From Mytilus californianus (taxonomy: Eukaryota): a stretch of 64,000 nt of DNA. Each line of letters begins with the position of its first letter. Within the stretch, counting starts at the first letter, position 1. The stretch lies in NCBI RefSeq assembly GCF_021869535.1, contig NW_026262679.1, positions 92,839,982 to 92,903,981 of the forward strand, written 5' to 3'. Positions 41,494 to 53,219 of this stretch are shown piece by piece. Below the pieces are notes generated by a model, which was not told the DNA's origin, did no database searches, and was given only the letters and a program-made list of their open reading frames with translations. The translations under genes were made by a program, and so were the position numbers.

Positions 41494-42693
41494 TTTTTTT
41501 CTTTTATTCTCATAAAGCCAATGCATTACATCAGTACAGAGATAACAACAATAACTATTTACAATATATACAAAACAAGGAGAGAGGTTACAGAAGTCAC
41601 TAGCCAGGAGGACAAACAAAAGTATTAACATTTTTTATAAATAAACAAAATTTCTTCAGGACTGGTTTTCGTGTACTCGACATAAGTTCCGAGAATTTAA
41701 ATGTATTATGTCGTTGTACAAAATAGGAGGATAAATACTCTGTACGTTTTTGGGCGAAAAAAGTACATTCAAATATATAGTGATATTCGTCACCAATTTG
41801 TCGATTGTTACATTGATGGCAAACACAGTTTTCTCTCAATATATTTTTCCTGTTTCAATCAGCAATTTGTTATTAGTTGTTCGAAATCGACAAAGAACAA
41901 CGGCATCTTTAAAGTCCAAAATATTAAAATATTCCTCAAATTCCCAGTTTTTCTTAAAAATTTTGTAGTTTATAGCTTTTGATGAATTTTGAATAAGGGA
42001 ATTCCAATTCTGAAGAAACTGGTCTAATAATCTTTGCTTTATAACAGTTTTTAACCAATCTTTATCTATAAAATTTTGTGTTTCCCATATATATGAGAAA
42101 CCACGATCTTGAAATATTTTTTTGACAAATAGAATCCATTTATTCTGCATGTTATAATGAGCATTCATATGGCGAGAAAGTTGATACAATATAAAGGAAA
42201 ACTTTGCTTGTTTGCCGGAAATCAAATTTGCCCAAAATAATACTGCTTGAACTTTTATATCTATGTCAACCGGATGGCGACCTAGTTCCCCGTAAACCAC
42301 ATAATTTGGTGTTGAGGATTTCAGATTTAAAAGTAATTTACAGAATTTTAAATGTATCTTTTCTAATACCTCATTATTACTAAAACCCCATACTTCGCAC
42401 CCATACAACAGAATGGGCTTGACAATTTTGTCAAAAAGATCTAGCTGACATTTTATGGAAAGCTGATACATCCTTCCCATTTTCAGGACTTCGTACATGG
42501 CTTTTAAGGCCGTATCGGATAAATGTTTTTTCGTCATATTAAAATTCCCTGTTTTAGTAAAAATAATTCCCAAATAGTTAAACTGCTTTACTATCTCAAT
42601 GTTAGTGTCATTGTAAGAAAATCTGAGATTTTTTGGCAAACGTCCAAAACCAAACACTAAAGCTTTGGTTTTGTCAACGTTTACTTTCAATTT
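41494..42693 (-). mobile_element. 5'-truncated non-LTR retrotransposon (LINE) inserted in the 160-bp repeat array. It retains the C-terminal RT (thumb) region and a CCHC-type zinc knuckle, and has a short poly(A) tail, seen as tttttttt at 41494-41500 on the + strand.
   Basis: The minus-strand ORFs at 41836-42759 and 41600-41839 carry RT-like C-terminal motifs. The tail 'CHQCNNRQIGDEYHYIFECTFF' fits the C-x2-C-x~12-H-x4-C pattern of CR1/L2/RTE-type LINE ORF2 ends. The 160-bp repeat 'ctctgaaattatacc' stops at the poly-T and resumes at 'accacaagtttgtataccacaaaggga' at 42694. The first 25 or so residues of the 307-aa ORF are repeat-derived read-through. Confidence 0.75.
41600..42680 (-). pseudogene. 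LINE ORF2 fragment (RT C-terminal part plus CCHC), 5'-truncated, with one frameshift between 41836 and 41839
   Basis: Two overlapping ORFs in different frames. There are no N-terminal RT motifs (Y/FxDD is not seen) and no endonuclease, so it is a dead copy. Confidence 0.7.
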
Positions 42694-42924
42694 CCAAACC
42701 ACAAGTTTGTATACCACAAAGGGATGGTTAGGATTTGCTTTGGGAGGGTTATGACTCAAACTGTTTAGGAATTAGGGGCAAAAAACGGGGAAAAACAAGG
42801 GTGTCCTGGTTAATGGACAAATACTTTAGTACAAAACATAATTTAAAGCAGTGTAAGGGAGGTAATTCAAATAATGGTTAATGAACAATTAAGACAATTT
42901 AAAAGCAGTGTAAGGGAGGTAATC

Positions 42925-42976
42925 CAAATACAGAGTTTTGATTACCTCCCTTACACTGCTTTTAAATTATGTTTAA
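42925..42976. repeat. Perfect 22-bp-stem hairpin 'gcagtgtaagggaggtaatccaaatacagagttttgattacctcccttacactgc'. A third direct copy of the arm lies at 42848-42869.
   Basis: Read directly. Confidence 0.8.
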
Positions 42977-44274
42977 AGAAATGCATATTTATAAAGGAAG
43001 ACCAGTAAAAATATCTGCAAATGTTGCATCTTTTTTTTTTACAAAAAAATCCATATGAAAGATTTTACACCATATTTTAAATTCTATTATAAAATAGATT
43101 AAGTTAGCACTATGGTAAATTTAAATGGGTAATTATGGTTGCAAACTCCAATGGAAATTTAAATTGAGATTATGACCATATCTTGAGGGAAAGAATTTTT
43201 TTGGGGGAAAAAAAGGGGGGGGGGGGGGTTAAAAAGAAATTGTGGGGGTCAATTTTTTCTCATTTCAGATTTCAGAAATTGAAAAGAAAAATTCTTCAAA
43301 TATTATTTTTTTGGCAAAAAAAAAAGTGTGTGGGAGGGGGAGGCTTAATATGCAATAGCATAGTGTATTACACAAAAGCAAAAAAAAAAGGGGGATAAAT
43401 TTTTTATTTATTTTTTGTGGGGGAGGGGGGGGGGGGTCAATTCGCAACAGCAGAGTGTATTGCATAAAAGCAAAAAATTGAATATAAATTCAAATCATAT
43501 AACTAATTCTAAGTTCTTTGACTACAGTTATTCTGTGTCAGAAACCTTTTATGTGTCAAATATTTAATTACAATCCAAATTCAGTCCTGCGTCAAGCGCG
43601 AATATTGCGTCCATTTTTGCCCCAACTGTTCAGGGTTGGACCTCTGTGGTCGTATCCAGCTGCGCTCGGCGAAGCAATTTATTGGGCAATAGCACAGTAT
43701 TGCGCAATATCACAGGATTGCTCAATAGCACAGTATTGTGCAATAGCAAGATATCTTCAATTGAAAATAAATACAAATCTTTTAACCAATTTCAATGGGA
43801 TTCATTTAAAGTCTTTAATTTTGGGGGGTTCTAACCTTGTATTACTATTTTGGATATTGGGCCCCATTTTAAAATTGGTCTACATTGAGATCCAACGGGT
43901 CCAAAATTAAACTTCAGTTGGTTTGATTTCATCAAAAACTGAATTATTGAGGCTCTGTGATATGCTGAATCTTATTGTGCATTTAGATTTTTTATTTTGG
44001 GCCCTGTTTTCACATAAGTCCATATTAAGGTTTGAAGGGTCCAAAATTAAACTTTGTTTGATTTCAACTAAAATAATTTTTGGTGTTTTTTTATGTGCTT
44101 GAATATTGTGTCCAAATTTGCCCCAACTGTTCAGGGTTCGACCTCTGCGGTCGTATCAGGCTGCGCTCAGCGAAGCATTTTATTGGAATTTGATGATATT
44201 TTTTTTCGTGAAGTAAGATTGAAAAAGAAAGGTGCATGAGACAACAATTAGATATAACAACAATTTCAAAGGAA

Positions 44275-44830
44275 TATCTCTTTTATTAGTCCCCTACTGA
44301 CGAAGTCGAAGGGGACTTTAGGTTTACACTCCGTCAGTCTGGCAAATCAGTTTTCCACACTCTTTTTCTTCGTGCTTGAAGATATTGATTTGATATTTGT
44401 TGCATTGTTTTATCATGACAAGTTACAGATCAAGTTTGAATTTTGTTCCAGTCTGACGATTTTGTGCAGAGTTATGGTCCTTGGACTTAAAAAAAATTCA
44501 CCCAAATAATCAGTTTTCCTCACTTTTTTTCTTCATGCTTGAAGATATTGATTTGATAATTGGTATAAAGTTTTATCATGACAAGTTACAGATCAAGTTC
44601 GAATTTTGTTCTGGTCTGATGATTTTGTGCAGAATTATGGTCCTTAGACTTAGAAAATTCACTCAAATAATCAATTTTCCACATTTTTTTTCGTCATGCT
44701 TGACTTGATACTTGTTATATAGTTTACACCATGACAAATTACCGATCAAGTTAGCATTTGGTTCCAGTACAATGAATTTTAAACCGAAAGGGGACTATGT
44801 ATTGCCAGGCAATACTCATAGAATGCTTAT
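44275..44830 (+). mobile_element. Second copy of the 185-bp-tandem element (see 28950-29800), with about 2.5 units. It begins with the 'cccctactgacgaagtcgaaggggactttagg' hairpin and ends '...aaaccgaaaggggactatgtattgccaggcaatac'.
   Basis: It aligns with 28950-29800 and lies immediately downstream of composite element B. The ORF at 44481-44708 is an artefact. Confidence 0.65.
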
Positions 44831-46899
44831 TACTATTTGTGTGTCCCAATTGATGAAGTAGTGGGAAAAAAAGAGGCAGAAGATAGATACCAATGAGACA
44901 ATCAAAAATCATAAATCCCAGAAATAAAAATAATACCATGGTAACGAAACGAAAAAAGACTAAAACCAAACAGTTTACAAAACCCTAAGAGAGACAAAGG
45001 CATGCTGAAATTGTCAGTGTCAGAGATGTCAACTATTGTTAAGTTAGTGATAAGGTCACTTTTAGGTGAACCACCAAGTCAATGATATTGTGTATGCAGT
45101 TGTATTAGCATCGGCACATGTCTCATTTCCATGAAGATAATTGCCATCCATTGACTTTAAAACTTTTGCAAAGTTTACATGTTCAAGGTTGTAACTAGTT
45201 CAGTGTAAGCAAAACTACTAATGGTAAGTCAATAATTTATTGGTATGCATTTGTATAAGCGTTGATACATATCAATTCCATGGAGATAATCTGGCCCTTC
45301 CCCTGAGTTGTAGTCCATTGACATTGCTTAATTTCCATGTTGAATGTTGCCCTGTTATTGTAACATTTTCATCATACTTCCAAATTATACACAAGAACAT
45401 CACTGTACCATCACTTTATGTATGGTCTTTAGTGATGAACAAAAATGTCACATCTGACACCTGGAAAAAGACAACCTCTTGCATAAGGAAAATACCCATC
45501 ATACAAAAAATAATATGTATTGCTATGGATTATTGCTGATGGTCTTGCGATATTTTTCTGATTTGAAATTATCTGTAAACTGCATTGAGCTATGTTCTGA
45601 ACTAATTAACTTACAGATTATAGAAGTTGAATTGAATCGGTAAGAAATATTTGTCAGTGAACGTTACACAATTACTAAAGACAATCGTAGATTCGATCCT
45701 GGCAATTGATCTGATTCTGTATTATAATATTTGCTACTCAATGTTAAGCAACCAAATATTAACCGTGGATTCCAGTCATGACTCAAAAATAGAAAAAAAG
45801 GAAGATTAGGAAAAAGTTAACATTCTCCTTTTAGGTGTAAAAGTCAGAAATCGTCAAACCTGAAAAGAACACTTCGTATGTGGACAGTCCAAAACTTAAG
45901 GCTGGAACCCTTGAATAAACTAGCATCAAGGAAACTATTTGACTGAAACTGTGTTTGCAGGGGAAACACTGCTTTGTATTAGAACTACACACTGATTCTT
46001 AACCTGCTAAATCAATAGATGAAATTCCATAGTGCCTCCTTTTCAACACATTTCATTTTATTTTTCTAGTCTCGCACTTCCGAAGCATTGGTATCATTAA
46101 CGGTTTTGATGGGAGTTAACATATAGTCAAAAGTTTTTTAAATATTCGCTGTGATCGTCTCTTCTTTGTCTGTACACCTGTCTCGTCTGTGCTTCGGCCT
46201 CTTGCTTTTCATTTTTATATTTTTGCTGTGTGAATACCCAAAATCCTTGAGAAAAATATAAACTTTGTGCACAATTCTATTATTCACTAAAGATTCTGTA
46301 ATGTATCACTTGAGAAATAGTTATAGTTGGTTACAAAATGCGAATTGCTATTCGATTCTAGAGGTAATGCAAAATACATGTCTTGTCCATGGGACACTAC
46401 AAAAATCATTTAGATCAGAAAACAGAATTTGATGAACACAATAAAATTATGCAGAGAAATCTGTGAAGTATCATTGAAATTCAGAATAGAGTTGAGGATC
46501 CAAGTGAACAACATTAATTTGACTGCATCAGATGCGCATTTCGACTATTAATCTCTCTTCAGTGGTGCTAGTGGCCAAAATGTTTGAAAATAATCCAAAA
46601 CATAATACAAACAAACAAAAAGTGAAGTCTTAAAAAAACAATACCACGATTCTATATACTAGTATTTGTCATATAATTGTTACCTTAGCTTGTTTGCGTT
46701 TCGGGTTTTTTATTTTGCTATTTGCTGTTCGTCCTTCAAAGTTACGTTGCGCATTGTAAATATCATATCTGGATTGATCCATTTGTTGAAAAGTAACAAA
46801 GGATTAGCAATTGCTGTTGAATCTCTTCACAGCTTGTATACATTTGATATATGCACTTATTTGTATATAATTGATAAATTATTAAGAAACTAAGGTTCC

Positions 46900-48130
46900 A
46901 TCTTCCCCAACCAAGTTGACCGTAGATGAATTTGGTAATTATTTTAAGGTTCTTTTTTTTTGTCACGAAGCCGTTTCGGTTTTTATACATCATTGGCTTT
47001 CAAAATATTCGACTATGAGCGTTTCCGATGAAGGTGAATCCAAAAAAGTTATTTCGGACGCATAACATTTATATACTAGTAGTGTTATTTTTTATAGCAC
47101 TGGGTCGATACCGCTGCTGGTGGACTACTAGTATCGGTCCCCGAGGGTGTCATCAGCTCATTAGTCAGTACTTCGGTACTGATTAACTCGACATAGATAC
47201 CAGGATTAACATTGTGTACGACCGACGAGATTTATAACATAACTTTCCTAAATTGTCCGTTTATGAATTGATAAAGTATGAAGAAAGTAAGGTTCCAAAT
47301 CCCCAGGCAATGTTGAGATAGATTTATCTATTATTTTAAGGTCCATTTTTGGTCATAACGCACTTGAATTGTTTCGGTTCTTATACATTGTTGGCTAGAT
47401 TATTATATCATAAGCCTGGTATCTTTAATGAGTTTTAACCACTGGGTCGATGTCACTGCTGGTAGGGGATTCCTACCCGAGGGTATCACCAGCTAAGTAG
47501 TCAGCACTTGTGTGTTGACATGAATTATAATAAACTACCTGTTTAATAAACTTTGAATTGTTCGAAATACTAAGGATTTGTCTACCCCAGGAACAGATTA
47601 CCTTAGCTGTACTTAGCAAAACCATTCGGAATCAACGGTCCTCAATGCTCTTCAATTTAATTCGTTCTTTATTTGGCCTTTTAATTTTTTTATTCGAGCA
47701 TCACTGATGAGTCTTTTGTAGACGAAACGTACATCTGGCGTACACAATTATAAGCCTGGTATATTTGATGATTTTTTTTATTTACAAACACTGGGTCGAT
47801 GCCACTGCTGGTGGAGATTTCACCCCGAGTGTACCACCAGCCCAGTAGTCAGTATTTGTGTATTGACATGAATTATCCTTGATATGATCATACTTTTAAA
47901 AGAACTGTTCACAAGACTTTGAATTGTTCGAAATACTAAAAAAATTCTACCCCAGGAATAGATTACTAGTACCGTAGCTGTATTTAGCAAAACCTTTCGG
48001 AATAATGGTGCTCAATGCTTTTTAACTTTGTACTTCATTAAGTCATTAAACTGTTTTGATTCGAGCGTCATTGATGAGTCTTTTGTAGACGAAACGCTCT
48101 TCTGGTGTACAAACTTATAAGTCTGACATC
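46900..48130 (-). repeat. Three tandem copies, each about 330-360 bp, of the roughly 300-bp repeat family of 26040-26700, in reverse orientation. Each contains a stem-loop 'cactgctggtgg...ccaccagc'.
   Basis: 'attcgagcatcactgatgagtcttttgtagacgaaacg' at 47700 and 48060 is the reverse complement of 'cgtttcgtctacaaaagactcatcagtgacgctcgaat' at 26128. 'gggtcgat(a/g)ccgctgctggtgg' repeats at 47103, 47450 and 47793. Confidence 0.75.
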
Positions 48131-48639
48131 TTTGATGAGTTTTTTCACTACGTATTAATTAACGTTTACCGCATGTTTCACTTTGTCCACACATGTATAT
48201 TATGACTTCATTCTAGCTGACTATGCTGTAAGGGATTCCCATACTAGTATGGTATACCAAGGATTCGACACGTGATTATTTTCAGACATGAGATTTGGGT
48301 ATCAGTATTGTCATAGGGGAGTATGGGTAAGACACACTACGCAGATTTTGATTTTGTGTTTTTATTTTACATCATATGGTCTAGATAAACAAAGAGAGGG
48401 GCGTGTGGGTTGGTTTAATACATCACATTTTGAGAACGGACCAAATGAGTCTGGAATCTGTGTTGTTCTTTATTGTTTATGTGTCTGCATTTGTTCGGAG
48501 GAGTCATGTGTTGGTGGTTGAAGTGATCGGTTGTTTTTTTTTCTTTTAGATATCTCTTATCCCTTTTTATTTACTGGACAAAATATTGTTTCATAAAATT
48601 AATTTGTATAAAATTGGACAGACAATTGAAATGGCGCAA

Positions 48640-49140
48640 AAGAAGAAGAAAAAGAAAGGTGATGTGGTATTATTGTAAATGAGACAACTATCCACCAGAC
48701 TCCAAATGATGTAAATGTAAGCAGCTTTAGTTACCATACGTTCTTCAACAATTAGCAAACCCATACAGAATAGTCAACTAAAGCCCCGACATGACAAAAT
48801 GTGAAACAATTCAAACGAGAAAATCAAGCCTGATTTAAGAGAAAAATCGAGTCTGATTTAAGACAAAACAACAAACAAAAAACAAATATGACCGAAAGCA
48901 ACCAACGACGACCACTGGATTACAGGCTCCTGACTTGGGTCAGTCACATAAAGAATGCGGCGGGCTTATGAGCACACAGTCCTGTTCTAACCAGAGACAG
49001 CGGTATAACAACACGACATGGAAATTGCTTGACTCATCCAATTGATACGAAGCACAAAAAACAATTAACATAAAGACACAAACTACCGATCTTAGAGTTC
49101 TCGCTGTTACTGAAGGCTAGTTCAAAGCCAATTACAACTA
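48640..49140. mobile_element. Copy of a dispersed SINE/MITE-like family marked by '...tgagacaactctccatccaag...ttcttcaacacggagc...cctgacttgggtcag...'. Other fragments are at 9290-9640, 40130-40200, 58400-58620 and 62000-62270.
   Basis: Motifs are shared across five loci: 'aatgagacaactctccatccaagtc' at 9333, 'aatgagacaactatccaccagactc' at 48669, 'gtgagacaactctctatacacgtg' at 58428 and 'aatgagacagcaaccc' at 62025 and 40165. 'tcttcaacacggagc' occurs at 9395 and 62235. Confidence 0.45.
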
Positions 49141-49716
49141 ATGAGCAAAACATTGTATTTCTCTCATACTAAAGTATCAATAAATTCACATCAAAAGGAT
49201 TTAGTGTAAGACGTCATAAACAGGCCGACAAGCAACAATAGTTAGTTATGTTTTTAATTTATCAAAAACAAAATCAAGTATGTACCTTCTACAACAATAT
49301 TAAAAAAATCTTATTATGGTGTGTTAAATTGGTATCCTTATTTAAAGGACCAAAGAGTATTCTTATTTTATACTTGTACTTGTCACAAACTTATTGCATG
49401 TAGTTTATATGACATTAAACATTTGCATTAAAGAAAAAAACTAATTCGACTTGCTGACCTTCTTCAGTTAAACGTGTTGAAGATTATCAATAATTAAAAA
49501 GCTGTTACACGATTATGCACTTAAAAGACTCAGTTGCACTTCACCTGCATATTAACATAACATGTCAATCACATGTCCTATGGCGTTTAAAACAAACAAT
49601 GCTACTGTTATTGGTTTAACAATAACGTCATTCTCGTGCATAAGACTTGCATCACAGTCAAGTAGTGCAAATGAATCCAAATGTTTCCTTCGGTTTAAAA
49701 TATATATATATATATA

Positions 49717-50430
49717 TGTTTAGTCTAGGTGGCCGAATGGTCTAGAGCGCTTGACACAGTGCAGGCGGTGTTATCTCGATATCCCAATAGCATGAGTTCG
49801 AATCCCGGCGAGGAAAGAACATAATTATTTCTGTGACTGCATCATACGATCCTTTAGTACAGATAACTTAGCTAATCTGCAATCAATTCCATCTTTATGC
49901 CTAATATATCATGTACTGTGTTACAACTCTGGATTCTACAGACGAGGAAAGGTAACACTAGGCCACCGAAAGCTGAATTTTTAGTTCAATCTAGGTGGCC
50001 GAGTGGTCTAGAGCGCTGGACACAGTGCAGGCGGTGTTGTCTCAATATCCCAATAGCACGAGTTCGAATCCAGGCGAGGGAAGAAAAAAAAATGTGCTTC
50101 CGCAAATTTACAGATCTAACATTGTTGGGCTGTTATTTAGACGAATTATGTATACAGAATGTTTTTTTCAGCCTTGCATCACCATCACTGGTGATCCGAT
50201 GGATAAAATTTGTCGTAGAGTTGTCACTGGTTCAGACGTACTTATAATATAATTATTTCTGTGACTGCATCCTACATTAATTTGTAAGATCCTCTACGAT
50301 AGATAATTCAGCAAGGCGATTTGGTGCCACGATATCTCAAGTAGCACGAGTTCGAATTCCGGCCAGGGAAGAACAAACAGATCTAACATTGTTGGGCTGT
50401 TATTTAGACGAATTATATATATAAATTGCC
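49717..50430 (+). mobile_element. Tandem array of about 2.5 units of about 267 bp of a tRNA-derived SINE-like sequence. Each unit has a tRNA-like head with an A box 'TGGCCGAATGG' and a B box 'GAGTTCGAATCC', then a tail 'ataattatttctgtgactgcatc...acagatctaacattgttgggctgttatttagacgaattat'.
   Basis: Heads are at 49719-49815 and 49986-50085, and a partial head at 50330-50365. The pol III box consensus is read directly. The acceptor stem does not pair, so these are not functional tRNA genes. The ORFs at 49897-50247 and 49995-50252 are artefacts. Confidence 0.65.
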
Positions 50431-50462
50431 TAACAAGGTAATTTTAACACACTATTGAGTAT

Positions 50463-50760
50463 GTAAATATTAGAATATTACAGCCGATTTCATTGAGTGT
50501 GTAGGCAAAGGTAATATCTTTGGTTAGCTTGCTTGTTAGCTGAACCGTGAAGTCATTATTAGGTCAGGTATACTACCCTCCTTTCGAAGTAGCCTAGTCC
50601 AACAGACAGATAGATTGGTTATCCGTCGGACTAGTCTACTCTTAAAGGAGGGTAGTTTACCGAACCTAATAATGACTTCACGGTTCAGCTAGCAAGCAAG
50701 CTAACCAAAGATATTACCATTGCCTACACACTCAATGAAATCGGCTGTAAAAATATTTAC
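50463..50760. mobile_element. Near-perfect foldback element with arms of about 125-140 bp ('cagccgatttcattgagtgtgtaggcaaaggtaatatctttggttagcttgcttgttagctgaaccgtgaagtcattattaggt...') and a centre near 50614
   Basis: The arm 50481-50603 is the reverse complement of 50625-50747 with only a few mismatches. It lies immediately 3' of the PLE on the - strand. Confidence 0.8.
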
Positions 50761-51001
50761 AATGCGATAAAAAATAAACGCAATATTTCGCTAGACAAAA
50801 TAGCTTCATCAAGCGTGCGTCTATCCAGGTGAAATCGGATGTAGATAAGAAACTTTTGCAGCTCGCTGTACATGAATTTCGCTGCTTTGTAAAGAATTCA
50901 AAATTTGGATGAAGTTCAAGATTATATATTTATTTACAAAATTGGTTTTCAACGTCCATTGGCCAATATTACAGGATTAAAAGGACTTGCTGTTCACTAA
51001 A

Positions 51002-51340
51002 TTATTCTTTATCTTTCCTGTATCTTTTCTCGTCTTTTTCATTAAGCCCATCAGGTTCTAAAGTGTGGAGCTGGTGGATCCAAAAGTCTTCTCTTCTCCT
51101 TCTCGCCGTGGTGTCCCACTCAGTGTTTACCTCTATTATTTGGAAAGTAACATTATCAAAAGGATGTTTCTTTGAGCGAAGATGTCTTGTGAGAGGACAG
51201 TTTTTGTTGGTTTTGTACCATGAACGATGGTTTTTTAGCCGAATATTAAATTTGTCCATTGTTTCTCCCACATACTGAATGCAACAGGTCTTACATGTTA
51301 ATATATAAATTGAGTTCTCCGTTTTACAGTTGGAATTTGA
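51002..51340 (-). pseudogene. GIY-YIG endonuclease domain of the PLE
   Basis: GIY is present as 'SIY', YIG as 'YVG-ET', followed by 'R.K.H' and the 'E..I..L.T..P.GLN' tail, all read from the minus-strand translation. The track ORF 51002-51271 begins at an internal GTG. Confidence 0.75.
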
Positions 51341-52017
51341 GTAGATGGTATAACTTTGTTTTGTAAAGGAGCCGATGAAAGAACTGCTTGTATTGGCAGC
51401 TTTACAACATAAGCAATTCCTTCTCCCACATTGTTTGTAGCAACCGGGAGGTGGAGTTGGTTGCTTTGTTTATACAGCTGTCACTAATTTGTCACGGATG
51501 TTTTTAGGTCCGCTGAAGGCCATGACTGGTGGTGAGAAAAATACTTTTTTTTAAATTGGAGTCATTTTCTAGAATGTTCCAATGCTTTTGAACAATGGAT
51601 GACACATTTTTAAAATCAGGATGGTAAGTCAGTACAAGAGGAGTTCTGTTGACTCCTTTGCTTACTCCAGAAGTTCTGTTTGCTTTTTCGAAGACTGTAT
51701 CAATGCTGTTGTTATTGTATCCTCGAACAACAAGATGTTTACGTAGTTGTCCAAGTCTTGCATTTTGCTTATTTTCGGTTGAGCATATTCTCTTGATTTG
51801 CAATGCCTTGCTGAATGGGATACCACGGGAGCAGAGTTTAGGATGGCAACTTTTTAGGAGAGAGAAACTGATGTCTGTCCGTTTTTTTCGTATGGAGATC
51901 CGTTATAATGGTTCCGTTCTGGATGTAACTCATAGTATCAAGGAAGTTCATTTTCTCCATTGATGTTTCGTGTTTAAATTTAATTAAATGATGGAAAGAG
52001 TTACAGTGTTCTAGAAA

Positions 52018-52620
52018 TTAAATCAGATGGTCTTGTGAATCTGTCCATTTAAAATCAATATCGTCAATAAATCGAAACCATGATAATGGCTGGTATGGAG
52101 CACTATCCAAGAGGCGTTTCAGAAGTGTAACAAGGCACTCAGTTGGAGGATTTTTGTCACTAAGAGTGTTCCATACCTCTTCACACGCCGCTATTCCTTC
52201 GTCTTGTGGAATGTTGGTATATAAAGAAGACACGTCCATGGATGCTAGTATGGTATTGTTTGGTAGAGGATTAAGGCTTTCTATTTTCTTTAAATAATCA
52301 GTCGTATCTTGAATGTAAGAGGGTAGTTCTTTAACATGCGGTCTTAAGTGATGGTCTACGGATAATTTTTCAGTTGGGTGACTATTCGCTGAAACAGTAG
52401 GTCGACCTGGATTGCCAGTTTTGTGTATTTTAGGCAACATATAGAATCTTCCAGCCTTTGCTTCGTTCACAAGAGGTCGACGATATTCAAAGGTGTCATT
52501 ATCGATATGCTTTTGGTCGTACATCTCTTGAAGGGTGGTGTTGATCTTTCGAATGGTAGTTTGTGTTGGATCTGTGGTTAATTGCTTGTAAAATTGGAGT
52601 TTGACAGTTGACGATTCCAC
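52018..52620 (-). pseudogene. RT domain fragment of the PLE (motifs 1, 2, A and C)
   Basis: The 200-aa ORF carries 'LPKIHK', 'RPTVS', 'DVSSLYTNIP' and 'FIDDI'. There are only about 45 residues between motif A and motif C, so motif B is deleted. The upstream continuation is in another frame. Confidence 0.7.
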
Positions 52621-53219
52621 TTAATTTGCTATGTAATCTGTTTTATTCATGACAACCACAGCGCCCCCTTTGTCTGTAGGTTTTATTACAATACCCTCTT
52701 GTTCTTTTAACGCTTTCAAACGATGCTTTCTGACTTGGATAAATTATAATTTCTCTTATGTGTTATGCTGGATTTTATATCAGACCTCTCGTAGTTAATA
52801 AATGACTCCAAGTTTTCGTTTTTACTTTTTGGTGGTTTCCATGAACTTTTCTTCCTAAATTTTGGGACGGGCGTGACTTTTTCATTGTCCTCAGTATCTG
52901 AATCTGTTAATCCGGCTTCTTCAAGCTGTTTCTTGTCTCTATTGTAGAAAAGACGTTTACGTTTGAAAGATTTATATATATATTGTAACGATCTGGGGTT
53001 TTCTTGTCAGGATATACCCGTCGTTACTTATGTGGGCCTCTGGTGAAGGAAGTAATAATAAACATCATATTGGAGTTCATAAATTGTATTAATACTATTA
53101 TTTCTGTTTAAGCAATACAACAAATACAGTGGTTCATAAAACCAAATACGTTAATAATATATACAATAAGTAATACAGCAAGGTGCATTACTTGCACCAA
53201 GCTAATAAAATAGTTCTTC

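Larger units (their letters stand above)
40226..44190 (+). mobile_element. Composite 'pearl'/Helentron-like element, copy B. It appears to be two units in tandem or nested:
- hairpin 'tatacaaccgcaaaacaaacttttgtgttcgtata' (40228-40262)
- 160-bp repeats (40300-40735)
- poly-G/T block including about 31 consecutive G (40820-40853)
- 32-bp repeat x7 (40985-41215)
- second hairpin 'tatacgaccgcaaacaatttttgaggttgtata' (41217-41250)
- 160-bp repeats (41300-41493), interrupted by a LINE
- repeat resumes (42694-42800)
- 22-bp-stem palindrome (42925-42976)
- G-runs (43190-43450)
- 3' terminus motif (43505-43680)
- 32-bp repeat remnants (43680-43750)
- 131-bp repeat (43790-44095)
- second 3' terminus motif '...gttcgacctctgcggtcgtatcaggctgcgctcagcgaagc' (44125-44185)
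   Basis: Each block is read directly and is homologous to the corresponding block of copy A, with 75-90% identity between the 160-bp units. The ORFs at 40317-40520, 40697-40978, 40969-41202, 43183-43398, 43518-43910 and 43646-43834 are artefacts. Confidence 0.7.
50995..52760 (-). mobile_element. Degenerate Penelope-like retroelement (PLE) with an N-terminal RT region, RT core motifs, and a C-terminal GIY-YIG endonuclease. It has frameshifts and an internal deletion (RT motif B is absent).
   Basis: Minus-strand translations give the following motifs: '(K)ALKEQEGIVIKPTDKGGAVVVMNKTDY' (52620-52720); 'FYMLPKIHK...GRPTVS' (PLE/TERT-like motifs 1-2); 'ILASMDVSSLYTNIP' (motif A); 'WFRFIDDIDF' (motif C); 'LVLTYHPDF' (51504-51803); and GIY-YIG 'SIYILTCKTCCIQYVGETMDKFNIRLKNHRS...RRREDFWIHQLHTLEPDGLNE' (51002-51340). 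Confidence 0.75.

Noticed and set aside
41836-42759. 307-aa ORF considered as an intact gene
   Set aside because: The N-terminal 25 or so residues are read-through of the flanking 160-bp repeat. The rest is only the C-terminal part of a LINE RT, frameshifted from the CCHC ORF. It is a truncated dead LINE.
43518-43910. 130-aa ORF and the overlapping 62-aa ORF
   Set aside because: They span the 3' terminus motif, 32-bp repeat remnants and the 131-bp array of composite element B. They are low-complexity and repeat-derived.
49719-50085. Possible tRNA genes, from the T-loop-like 'GAGTTCGAATCC' and D-loop-like 'TGGCCGAATGG'
   Set aside because: The 5' and 3' ends cannot form an acceptor stem. The A-B box spacing is about 70 nt. 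Units are tandemly repeated with a shared non-tRNA tail. They are better explained as a tRNA-derived SINE or satellite.
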